NCBI GenBank assembly: GCA_965214105.1
Contig: OZ243934.1
Span: 96,374 to 160,373 of the forward strand
Source of the DNA: Phototrophicaceae bacterium
GTDB taxonomy: Bacteria > Chloroflexota > Anaerolineae > Aggregatilineales > Phototrophicaceae
DNA: 64,000 bases
Direction: 5' to 3'
The notes below the pieces were generated by a model that worked only from the letters and a program-made list of their open reading frames with translations, did no database searches and was not told the DNA's origin. Shown here in pieces: positions 56,212-64,000 of the stretch. How positions within the stretch are numbered: position 1 is the stretch's first letter; the number at the start of each line of letters is the position of its first letter. The translations under genes and the position numbers were made by a program.

Positions 56212-57090
56212 TTAGCCACCTCCTTTGATGCCGCTAGTAACAATGCCGCGGACGTAATACTTCTGCCCTACGATGAACGCAATAAGCACGGGTATGACCA
56301 CAAAAGTAGAGGCAGCCATGATGAGATGCCAAGGCGTGCGCATGCCGGATTGGTTCTGAAAAGAAGCCAGCAGCAGCGGCAGCGTCTTGACCTTGGGCTT
56401 GCCCAGCACGATTAGGGGCCACTGGAAACTGTTCCAGGTGTTGACGAAGGTGAAAATAGCGAGGGTGGCCAGGGCTGGCTTGGTTAATGGCAGGATAATC
56501 AGCCAATACGTGCGGAAGAAGCCACAGCCGTCAATGCGGGCGGCGTCTTCCAGCTCACGGGGAATCGTAACCATGAATTGCCGCATCATAAACGTGCCCC
56601 AGGGCGTGAAGAGGAAAGGTATGATGACCGCTTGCAATGTGCTGACCCAGCCGAAGGCGCGCATCTGCACGTAAAGCGGAATCAGCAAAACGGTAAAGGG
56701 CACCATCATCAGCGAAATATAAAGCAGGAAAATCTTATCTCGCCCAGGGAAGCGCAGCCGCGCAAAAGCATAGCCAGCCAAGCTGGCGGTGAACAACTGC
56801 CCGAGCACGACCGCCGCAGCGACGATCGCGCTGTTGAGGAAGCCGAGATCGAAACTTGTCATCGTCCAGGCTTGGGTGTAATTCTCGAAATGCCAGACCT
56901 CTGGGATGAACTCCGGCGGGTACTTGTAGATGCCGCGGATGTCTTTGAAGGAATTGGCGACCATGAAGGCGAAGGGCATGATGAAGATGACGCCGACCAC
57001 AGACAAGACGACATAGACCAGCAAATCCATCAGGAGTTTGGTCTGCTTCTGCCCGAGGAGGCTGTCTCTCGTCTTCTGAAGGCTGGCCAT
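56212..57090 (-). CDS. carbohydrate ABC transporter permease (MalG-like)
   Basis: 6 TM segments. EAA-loop region ELEDAARIDGCGFFRTYWLIILPL. Confidence 0.9.
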   Translation of the reverse strand: MASLQKTRDSLLGQKQTKLLMDLLVYVVLSVVGVIFIMPFAFMVANSFKDIRGIYKYPPEFIPEVWHFENYTQAWTMTSFDLGFLNSAIVAAAVVLGQLFTASLAGYAFARLRFPGRDKIFLLYISLMMVPFTVLLIPLYVQMRAFGWVSTLQAVIIPFLFTPWGTFMMRQFMVTIPRELEDAARIDGCGFFRTYWLIILPLTKPALATLAIFTFVNTWNSFQWPLIVLGKPKVKTLPLLLASFQNQSGMRTPWHLIMAASTFVVIPVLIAFIVGQKYYVRGIVTSGIKGGG

Positions 57091-57114
57091 CGGCTCTACC
57101 TGTTGCTATATGAT

Positions 57115-58080
57115 TTAGTCGTCGTCGTCAAAACCAATCACCCAGCGGCGTGCGAGCTGCCATTGAATGATGGTGATAATGAGAATGATGACAAACAAGA
57201 CCGCCGCCAGCGCCGCGCCATAACCCATCTTGAAGAAGCTGAAGGCATTCTGGAAGATGTATAGCGTTAAGGGCGTGGTGGCTTGGGCGGGTCCCCCTTG
57301 CGTCAAGACAAAGAATTGATCGAAGGCTTGAAAGGCGCCAATCAGCGATGTGACCACCACAAAAAACAGCGCCGGCGTGAGCATGGGCAGGGTGACGAAG
57401 CGCATGCGCTGCCAGCCGCTCGCCCCATCAATAGAGGCTGCTTCATAGTATTCTTCTGGTATGCCCTGCAAACCAGCCAGCAGAATCAGCATCGCGAAGC
57501 CAATGCCCTGCCAGTTGCTCATGATGATGACGCTGGGCATCGCCCATCTCGTATCGTGAATCCACTTGGGTCCATCGATGCCGAATATCTCTAGCAGGTG
57601 GTTGATCATGCCGATTTCGGGTTGGTAAATCCAGCGCCAGATTGTCGCCGCGGCGACGGTCAAGGTAATCTGTGGCAAGAAATAGACAGTGCGGAAGAAG
57701 ATGATGCCGCGCATCTTGCGATTGAGAGCCAGCGCCAGCCAGAAGGCGATGAAGATGCCGGTGGGCACGGCGATAAAGGTATAATAAAAGCTGTTGCCCA
57801 GCGACTTCCAAAAGATCCGATCGTTGATCATCGTGTCGAAATTCTTGAGCCCGATGAACTCCGGCGGTTTTGCCAGGCTCCAATCGGTGAGCATGATATA
57901 GAAGGCGAAACAAATCGGGAACAGCATGAAGATAACAAAGCCGATGAAATTCGGCGCGAGGAAAAGATAGCCGGCGATCGTCTCGCCCCGGCGCAAGCCG
58001 GTGAAAGCGCGTTTGAAATCAGCCAGCGCGCTGGCTTTACGAGCTTGGCTGCCGCTGGTCGGAGCGAGATCAGCCGCCAC
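57115..58080 (-). CDS. carbohydrate ABC transporter permease (MalF-like)
   Basis: 6 TM segments. EAA-loop EEYYEAASIDGASGWQRMRFVTLPML. Confidence 0.9.
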   Translation of the reverse strand: MAADLAPTSGSQARKASALADFKRAFTGLRRGETIAGYLFLAPNFIGFVIFMLFPICFAFYIMLTDWSLAKPPEFIGLKNFDTMINDRIFWKSLGNSFYYTFIAVPTGIFIAFWLALALNRKMRGIIFFRTVYFLPQITLTVAAATIWRWIYQPEIGMINHLLEIFGIDGPKWIHDTRWAMPSVIIMSNWQGIGFAMLILLAGLQGIPEEYYEAASIDGASGWQRMRFVTLPMLTPALFFVVVTSLIGAFQAFDQFFVLTQGGPAQATTPLTLYIFQNAFSFFKMGYGAALAAVLFVIILIITIIQWQLARRWVIGFDDDD

Positions 58081-58281
58081 GAAAGACCTCCGCCGCCGCT
58101 CTAGTTTTACTGCTCATCAAAGTACAAGCCTCAAGAATCATAGACAAACCAGGTAGGACGCTTTGCTGTAAATCGGTCGGGCGATACACTTAGCGTCGAA
58201 GCTAGGAAACCGATTACCTGAACGATACCGTACTTTATAGCACGGCGCATTGCGAATGTCAAAGAAAAGTTGAATTGCCCT

Positions 58282-59904
58282 TTAGCTTCGCCGAACCGAA
58301 ATGAGAGAATTGGCGCTAAGCCCGTCAACTTCGCTGTATTCGCCATCGTTCCAGCGGATCGTCAACAGCCAAAGCCTGGCGTCGGCTGGGAAGCCGAAAT
58401 GTACGCGGCTGGCATCGCCAGAGAGATAACCGCTGACGGCAGTGATATCACGGGTGTAGACGCCAGAATCGGTGTACAGCGTCAAGCGCGCGCCGATGCC
58501 CCCGCCATTGCCGCCGGGCTGATGCAGCTCGACGGCGATGCTGTCGCCGCCACACAATTGATTCTCAAACAGCATTGCCGGGCGCAGCAGATTATTGACG
58601 ACGATATCCAAATCGCCATCGTTATCGAGGTCGGCCATCGTCATGCCTCGTCCGCTGGCGCGGTCGTTCAGCGCCCAGCCCGCTGCCGCTTCAAAGCCGG
58701 CGCCAGCCAGATTTCGGTAAGCCTGGTTCTCTTCGATAAGCTCATTGTTCGGCAGATGCGAAAACAGCTCGCGCGAAATCATGCCATTGACGACGTACAA
58801 ATCTTGGAAGCCATCATTATCCAAATCGCCAAACTTCGCCGACCAGCTCCAGCCGGTGCCATCGAGCTGTGCGGAGCGCGCGATGTTAAGTGGCTGCCCG
58901 GCCTCATCAAAATCGTAAAGCACATTTTCCATAATCTGCGGGTCGCCCTCGACATGGGGCAGGTCCATCATCATGTCCATCACGGGTCCCCACTGCGCCA
59001 TCGTCGCGTCGTCATCGGCGTAGGGCTTCATGTCCACCGCGAAGATTTCGGGCGCGCCATCGTTATCGAAGTCGGCTGCGTCGTAGCTCATTGTGCTGTG
59101 CGGCATCACGGCGAGGGGCGCGGTCTCTTGCCAGGCGCCGTCGCGGAAGGTGAAGTATTTGTCTTCGACAGCGAAGTCGTTGCCGATGATGATTTCCTGT
59201 TCGCCGGCTTGGCTGAAGCCCGCCCAGATTGCCAGCGTATTCGAACGGTCGGCTATGCGCGTCGCGTGGAAGCGATCGCCGCGGTTTTCATAATAGATCA
59301 CGCCGGATTTCGGCGCCGTCTGCCCGAGGATCTTTTCGTTCTCAGCATCGTAAGAACCAGTGAGCAGATCAAGGTCGCCGTCTCGATCGGCATCCAGCCA
59401 ATTCATGGCATAGCCGATATAGATTACGCCGTCCAGCACTTCGCGCTGGAAGCGTCTCCCGCCCAGGTTGCGCCAGAAAAGGGGCGCCGCCGCCTGCTGC
59501 GTGAAGACGATATCCAGCCGCCCGTCGGCATCGACATCCACGATCGCTGCGCCGCGCGCCGGCGTCGCCGATGGCAGCGCTTGCCGCTCGAACTTCAGAT
59601 TGCCCCGATTCCATAGAATGGCATTATCGCCGGCTAGGTTTGCCAAGACGATATCGAGCCGGCTGTCGCCATCTAAATCGTTAATGGCGAGGCCCGCGCC
59701 ATTGCTGTCATAAAAGCCAACCGGCAGCTTGGTCGCGGTTGTGCTATGGTCTAATTCCTGGGCGATAAAGGCGGCGCTGCAGCTGGCTCGCGAGTTAAGC
59801 GGGCTTTCCAGCACTGTTACTGGCGCGTGGATGCGGAGGGCGAATGCCGCCGGCGCAACGAAGAACAATGAGAGAAACAACAGCATGATGCAGCGAAAGC
59901 GCAT
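58282..59904 (-). CDS. secreted FG-GAP/VCBS repeat protein with ASPIC/UnbV domain (CRTAC1-like)
   Basis: Signal peptide. Repeated DxDxDG blades (DLDGDSRLDIV, DVDADGRLDIV, DLDNDGDLDIVV). C-terminal GARLTLYTDSGVYTRDITAVSGYLSGDASRVHFG. Confidence 0.8.
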   Translation of the reverse strand: MRFRCIMLLFLSLFFVAPAAFALRIHAPVTVLESPLNSRASCSAAFIAQELDHSTTATKLPVGFYDSNGAGLAINDLDGDSRLDIVLANLAGDNAILWNRGNLKFERQALPSATPARGAAIVDVDADGRLDIVFTQQAAAPLFWRNLGGRRFQREVLDGVIYIGYAMNWLDADRDGDLDLLTGSYDAENEKILGQTAPKSGVIYYENRGDRFHATRIADRSNTLAIWAGFSQAGEQEIIIGNDFAVEDKYFTFRDGAWQETAPLAVMPHSTMSYDAADFDNDGAPEIFAVDMKPYADDDATMAQWGPVMDMMMDLPHVEGDPQIMENVLYDFDEAGQPLNIARSAQLDGTGWSWSAKFGDLDNDGFQDLYVVNGMISRELFSHLPNNELIEENQAYRNLAGAGFEAAAGWALNDRASGRGMTMADLDNDGDLDIVVNNLLRPAMLFENQLCGGDSIAVELHQPGGNGGGIGARLTLYTDSGVYTRDITAVSGYLSGDASRVHFGFPADARLWLLTIRWNDGEYSEVDGLSANSLISVRRS

Positions 59905-59955
59905 TGAAGAGCCTCAAACCGGCAGTTGAATGCCATGACGATACCACTAGGCAAT

Positions 59956-59969
59956 CGGTTGCGCAATCG
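59956..59969. promoter_or_regulatory. candidate LacI-family operator (CGGTTGCGCAATCG)
   Basis: Near-palindrome sharing the GTTGCGCAA core with 49327-49340. It lies 52 nt upstream of the start of the 59904->54807 operon. Confidence 0.3.
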
Positions 59970-60077
59970 CTTTTGAGTGGTCTGCGGCTCGAAAACTGAA
60001 GCGGCCGCCAAAGGCAGAAGAGCCACCCGCTGGGTCGCCCTTTGCCTGTTTAGAATACGATGCGGCGGCAAATGAAG

Positions 60078-60482
60078 TTAAACCGCGCCTTCTGGCTCGG
60101 GTGGCGCTTTGCCCATCACGCCTCTTCCCTCAAGGAAGCCTAACATGCGCGCCTGTTCAAGCCCCAACTTCTGAATGTCGACTCTAAGATCTTGGATGTT
60201 TTGATCGACCCGTTCTTCAAGCTGGTCAATACGGGTCTCCATTTGGTCAAGGCGCTGCTCCACGCGGTCAAAGCGATCGTCGACACGGTTGAAGCGCTCA
60301 TCCACACGGTTGAAACGCTCATCCACGCGCGCTTGCTCATTCTCGACGTTTTGCAACCGGGCATCGAGGCGTGTCAGCTGATCGCCAATACGATTGAACT
60401 GCCGCGTGATATAGGCAAGCAGCGCGACGCTAGCGCCTATTACTGATGCGATAGTCGCAATTGTTTGCGTCCAATCGCCCAT
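60078..60482 (-). CDS. N-terminally membrane-anchored coiled-coil protein with ERFNRVD heptad repeats
   Basis: TM segment IATIASVIGASVALLAYI followed by DERFNRVDERFNRVDDRFDRVEQRLDQMETRIDQLEERVDQ. Confidence 0.6.
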   Translation of the reverse strand: MGDWTQTIATIASVIGASVALLAYITRQFNRIGDQLTRLDARLQNVENEQARVDERFNRVDERFNRVDDRFDRVEQRLDQMETRIDQLEERVDQNIQDLRVDIQKLGLEQARMLGFLEGRGVMGKAPPEPEGAV

Positions 60483-60576
60483 GGCTCCTCAAGCTCCTTC
60501 AAAGCCGCTCTCTGCAGAACAAGTGTAAACAGCCGCCGCCAATTCGTCAAGCAGGCGGCCGCCAATCAGCCGCAAC

Positions 60577-62295
60577 CTAGCCCCTGGCTTCGGTCTCTGG
60601 CTCGGGCGGATTCTCCAGGGCGGCCAGCGTGGGCATGTTCGCCTTCTTGGCGTGGACGCCGGTCGCGCCATCGGGGCGGGTGCCGCGGCTATCCAAGCTT
60701 TGCATATGCCCATCGGCATCAAAGGTGCGGACTTCAAAGCGATATTCGCCTTCCTGGAAGCGCCAGTCATAACGCCAGACGACCCATGTCAGCTCGGAAA
60801 GCGGCTGACGCAGCTGCGCTTCTTCCCAGTCGCCACCGTTGACGCTGACTTCGACCTTGGAAATCATCTTGGCGCCAGCGTAGGCGATGCCGCCTACCGG
60901 CACAATGTAGCCGTCATCATCTTTTAAGATAGAATCCGTTGACACCGCATCGACGACTGAGGTCCGGTTCACGATGGCGTCGACGCTCCAACCGCGGCGC
61001 ACCCAATACCCCTCAGCCCAGGCATCGACGAATTCGATGCTCTTGATCCACTTAGGCTGCTTCATGCCATAGCGATCTGGGAGATAGATACGCAGCGGGA
61101 AACCGTGCTTCTGCTTCAGCGGCTGGTCATCCCATTCGTAGGCGAACATGACGCGCTCTTCCGCTTCGACCAAATCAAGCATGACATACTCGTCAAAGTT
61201 ATCGGCGCCGGTGATTTTCATCGCGACCGCATTCGCTTGCGGCTTGACGAAATCGAGGAAATCCTTCATGCGGAAGCCAGACCATTTGGTGGTGCTGATC
61301 AGCGTGCCGCCAATGCGATTGCTGATGCAAGACAAGGTGATGAAGCGGTCAATACGCTCGAACTTGTCGTGCAGGTCTTGCAGCGAGAGGCTAGCCGGAT
61401 TATCGACCAGCCCGCTGACCTCAAGCCGCCACTCGTTGGAATCGATGACCGGCGGGCGCGAGCTGATGTCGATGCGGTAGTGGTCGTCCAGCGGCGTATA
61501 CTCGGGGCGGGTGCCAGGGGCCGGCTCCAGGCGGTCAGCCGCATTCGGCAAGACATTGCCAGCGCCATCGGTCGCGGCGTCGGCGGGGATCGCCGAGACG
61601 ACGCCCCCCTCGCCCGGCTGGCGGCCCAGGAGCGTGCCCAAGCCGGCGCCAATAACCGTCAGCACCGCGCTGGCGCCACCGACGCGCACCATGAATTGAC
61701 GGCGATTGAGCGGCTGGACGGTGACAGTCTCGCCTGTTGCTTCGTCTGTCTTGGTTTTGCCGTCGCTATGCGCCAGGTCGTTGTAAATCCAGTTTGCCGC
61801 CATCCCCCACAGCGCGAAAGCCAGCAGCACCCAAACCATCTGCACCGGTACTGGCGCGCTCGCCGTCAGATTCACCTGCGCCGAAATTAGCATCATGGCC
61901 GCGCCAACTGCCAAGCCCAGAAGCAAGCCCGGGAAGAGATTGCGCGCGCTTGTTTTGCTGCGGTTCATCAGCCAATAAAGGAGCGTGATGGCAAGCGCGC
62001 CCAGAGCGAGGAAGGCGCCCAAGCCCATCAGCTGCTCGGCAGTTTTTGCCGCGGCTGATGTCTCGCCCAAGTTGAAGGCGATGATCAACTCGACCATCAT
62101 GTCGATGCCAAAGGTCAGCAAGGCGCCAGGCAGTAGGCGCGATACAAAATCAAAGACGTCAAAGGGAATAAAGGGCAAGCCAGCGATTTGGTCAGCCAAA
62201 AACAGCAGAGACGTTAGCGCCATCGTCAGCAAGCCGCCAGACAAAAAGCCGAGCCGCAGTGAAGGTTTTCGTATCGTATCCATATTCTTCAACAA
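60577..62295 (-). CDS. molybdopterin-dependent oxidoreductase (sulfite oxidase/YedY fold) fused to an N-terminal polytopic membrane domain
   Basis: Oxidored_molyb-like ITLSCISNRIGGTLISTTKWSGFRMKDFL. ~5 N-terminal TM segments. Internal Tat-like NRRQFMVRVGGASAVLTVIGAG. Confidence 0.8.
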   Translation of the reverse strand: MLKNMDTIRKPSLRLGFLSGGLLTMALTSLLFLADQIAGLPFIPFDVFDFVSRLLPGALLTFGIDMMVELIIAFNLGETSAAAKTAEQLMGLGAFLALGALAITLLYWLMNRSKTSARNLFPGLLLGLAVGAAMMLISAQVNLTASAPVPVQMVWVLLAFALWGMAANWIYNDLAHSDGKTKTDEATGETVTVQPLNRRQFMVRVGGASAVLTVIGAGLGTLLGRQPGEGGVVSAIPADAATDGAGNVLPNAADRLEPAPGTRPEYTPLDDHYRIDISSRPPVIDSNEWRLEVSGLVDNPASLSLQDLHDKFERIDRFITLSCISNRIGGTLISTTKWSGFRMKDFLDFVKPQANAVAMKITGADNFDEYVMLDLVEAEERVMFAYEWDDQPLKQKHGFPLRIYLPDRYGMKQPKWIKSIEFVDAWAEGYWVRRGWSVDAIVNRTSVVDAVSTDSILKDDDGYIVPVGGIAYAGAKMISKVEVSVNGGDWEEAQLRQPLSELTWVVWRYDWRFQEGEYRFEVRTFDADGHMQSLDSRGTRPDGATGVHAKKANMPTLAALENPPEPETEARG

Positions 62296-62408
62296 TCTCC
62301 ATCACAATTGATGCCCACATTATATATGAGCTTTGCTGTCATTTCTATTTCCGACAGATTACAGACCGATTACAATCCAGCGGGCGGACTGTTGAAAGCG
62401 CGCCACCG

Positions 62409-63833
62409 ATGAAGGGATATGACATGGCAAAAGCGAACCCGCTGCAGGACCAGCTCCACCAAGAGCATGTGGACCAAGGCATTTACCGGCAGGCGCTGGA
62501 TTACGCCTGCCAATACCTGGCAAAGCAAGCGGCGCGCCCCCCGTTCCCGCCAGCCAGGGCGCTAGCGGACCTGGATCAATTTGACGAGGCGCTGCCCGAG
62601 AGCCAAACAGGGGCTGGCGCTGTGCTGGCGCAGCTGCATGCAATTGGCTCGCCCGCCACCACCGCCCTTAACGGCGGACGGTACTTCGGCTTCGTCAATG
62701 GCGGCGCTTTGCCAGCGGCATTGGCGGCGCGGCTGCTGGCTGATGTCTGGGATCAGAACGCTGGGCTAGCGGTCATGTCGCCGATTGCGGCAAAACTAGA
62801 GGCGGTCTGCGAGGCTTGGCTGGTCGACCTATTTGGCTTGCCAGCGGGCACGGCGCTGGGGCTGGTCAGCGGGACATCGCTGGCGTCGCTCTGTGGCTTG
62901 CTGGCGGCGCGGAATGCGGTTCTGCAGCGTCAAGGCTGGGAGCTAAGCGAAAGCGGGCTCTTCAATGCGCCGCCACCCCGCGTCGTGATGAGCAGCGCCG
63001 CCCATGTAACGGTGCGGAAAGCGCTGGCGATACTCGGCATTGGCTCGGCCCAGCTTGAGCTGGTGCCAGCCGATGAGCAAGGGCGCCTCGACGCTGGCCG
63101 GCTTCCGCCGCTGGACGAGCGCACGATCTTGATTCTGCAGGCTGGCAACGTCAATTCGGGCGCTTTCGATCCCTTCGCGGTCCTGTGCCGGGCGGCAAAG
63201 GAAGCCGGCGCCTGGGTGCATATCGATGGCGCTTTTGGCTTATGGGCGCGGGCTTGCGCCGCCACCGCGCATCTGACGGCTGGCATCGAACTCGCCGATT
63301 CCTGGTCAGTCGATGCGCACAAGACCCTGAACGCGCCCTACGACTGCGGCATCGCGCTTTGCCGGGACCGAGCGGCGCTGGTGACTGCGCTGCAAGCCAG
63401 CGACAGCTATCTGCAGCTGGGCGGCGGGCGCGATGGCATGCTGTACACGCCGGAGATGTCGCGCCGGGCGCGGGGCATCGAGCTTTGGGCGGCGCTGAAA
63501 TCACTCGGGCGCGCTGGCATCGACCAGTTGGTGGCGCAACTATGCCAAAGGGCGCGGCAATTCTCGGCTGAGCTTGAAGCGGCGGGCTTTCGCATTCTGA
63601 ATGAGGTCGTATTCAATCAAACGCTGGTCGCCTGCGAGACGCCAGCCTTGACAGCGCGGGCGCTGGCTGAGCTTCAAGCGAGCGGCGAATGCTGGTGCAG
63701 CGGGACGGAATGGCGGGGCGAAGGCGCGATACGCATCAGCCTCTGTTCCTGGGTGACGACTGAAGCCGATGTCTCGCGCTCGGTCGCTGCCTTTGTCCAA
63801 GCGAGGGAGCGCGCCCGCGCCGCCATTGCCTAA
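62409..63833 (+). CDS. pyridoxal-phosphate-dependent decarboxylase (group II fold-type I)
   Basis: SWSVDAHKTLNAPYDCG is the PLP-lysine motif. The start is among Met codons at 62409/62424. The track ORF begins at 62259 inside the divergent promoter region. Confidence 0.85.
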   Translation: MKGYDMAKANPLQDQLHQEHVDQGIYRQALDYACQYLAKQAARPPFPPARALADLDQFDEALPESQTGAGAVLAQLHAIGSPATTALNGGRYFGFVNGGALPAALAARLLADVWDQNAGLAVMSPIAAKLEAVCEAWLVDLFGLPAGTALGLVSGTSLASLCGLLAARNAVLQRQGWELSESGLFNAPPPRVVMSSAAHVTVRKALAILGIGSAQLELVPADEQGRLDAGRLPPLDERTILILQAGNVNSGAFDPFAVLCRAAKEAGAWVHIDGAFGLWARACAATAHLTAGIELADSWSVDAHKTLNAPYDCGIALCRDRAALVTALQASDSYLQLGGGRDGMLYTPEMSRRARGIELWAALKSLGRAGIDQLVAQLCQRARQFSAELEAAGFRILNEVVFNQTLVACETPALTARALAELQASGECWCSGTEWRGEGAIRISLCSWVTTEADVSRSVAAFVQARERARAAIA

Positions 63834-64000
63834 GTGGCGAACAAGCCCGCGATGGCGCCGCGCCGAGGTGCCGCCTCGCGCAGGTCCGTGTTGTCGCTGA
63901 AGAGATCGACGCTGCCGATTAGGGCATGATTGCAGAGTGCCTGCGCCTCGCCATCGCTTATCGTGTCGCGCAGCTTGTCGACGTAACGCCAAGCATTGCT
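63830..64000 (-). CDS. C-terminal 56 codons of an unidentified gene entering from the window end
   Basis: Own translation of the minus strand gives ...SNAWRYVDKLRDTISDGEAQALCNHALIGSVDLFSDNTDLREAAPRRGAIAGLFAT*. The frame is open with high GC3. The stop overlaps the decarboxylase stop. Confidence 0.35.
   Translation of the reverse strand, partial: SNAWRYVDKLRDTISDGEAQALCNHALIGSVDLFSDNTDLREAAPRRGAIAGLFAT

Noticed and set aside
58165-58240. Possible structured RNA or terminator in the 200-nt AT-rich spacer between the FG-GAP gene and the permease gene
   Set aside because: Only short alternative stems were found (CAGGTA/TACCTG and AATCGGT/ACCGATT). They are mutually exclusive, there is no U-tract, and the sequence is not repeated elsewhere in the window.
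63540-63992. 150-aa minus-strand ORF at the window end
   Set aside because: It is Arg-rich and low-complexity and overlaps the 3' end of the PLP decarboxylase. A different minus frame (63830..64000) has much better codon bias and was reported instead, at low confidence.

Overview
This is 64 kb of a high-GC bacterial chromosome. Composition, PT-rich linker repeats and gene content suggest a Chloroflexota-like lineage, but that is inference only. About 55 protein genes are supportable:

- **Housekeeping:** gatC, recF, tsaD, gnd and a tRNA-Lys(UUU).
- **Large secreted or envelope proteins:** a vWA-Ig-PT-repeat protein, an FN3-SH3 protein, an LCP protein and a GT4.
- **Signalling:** a double-FHA protein and two tandem GAF-PAS class III cyclases.
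- **Transport:** a putative metal permease pair.
- **Sugar catabolism:** a ~15-kb fucoside/sugar locus with a GH29 fucosidase, a fuconolactonase-like amidohydrolase, LacI, several dehydrogenases and an ABC importer.

Accessory content sits in discrete AT-richer islands:

1. An IS110-family insertion sequence at ~2.7-4.2 kb. Its ~220-nt non-coding leader could encode a bridge RNA.
2. A translationally coupled ABC-ATPase + TOPRIM-like two-gene cassette at 30.56-32.33 kb. It resembles a compact PARIS/AbiL/OLD-type defence module and is my top candidate for an uncharacterised system.
3. A beta-class DNA methyltransferase fused to an Mrr-type nuclease domain at 41.26-42.64 kb.
4. A family of hairpin-rich mosaic MITE-like elements bounded by GGGGAGTGGTGAAT inverted repeats at five or more intergenic loci. 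An internal ~300-bp segment flanked by 12-bp inverted repeats occurs in opposite orientations in different copies.

The two tandem cyclases carry complementary catalytic-site degeneracies, which suggests an obligate heterodimer. No CRISPR array, rRNA or complete prophage was seen. All family assignments come from motif recognition by eye; no database search was run.
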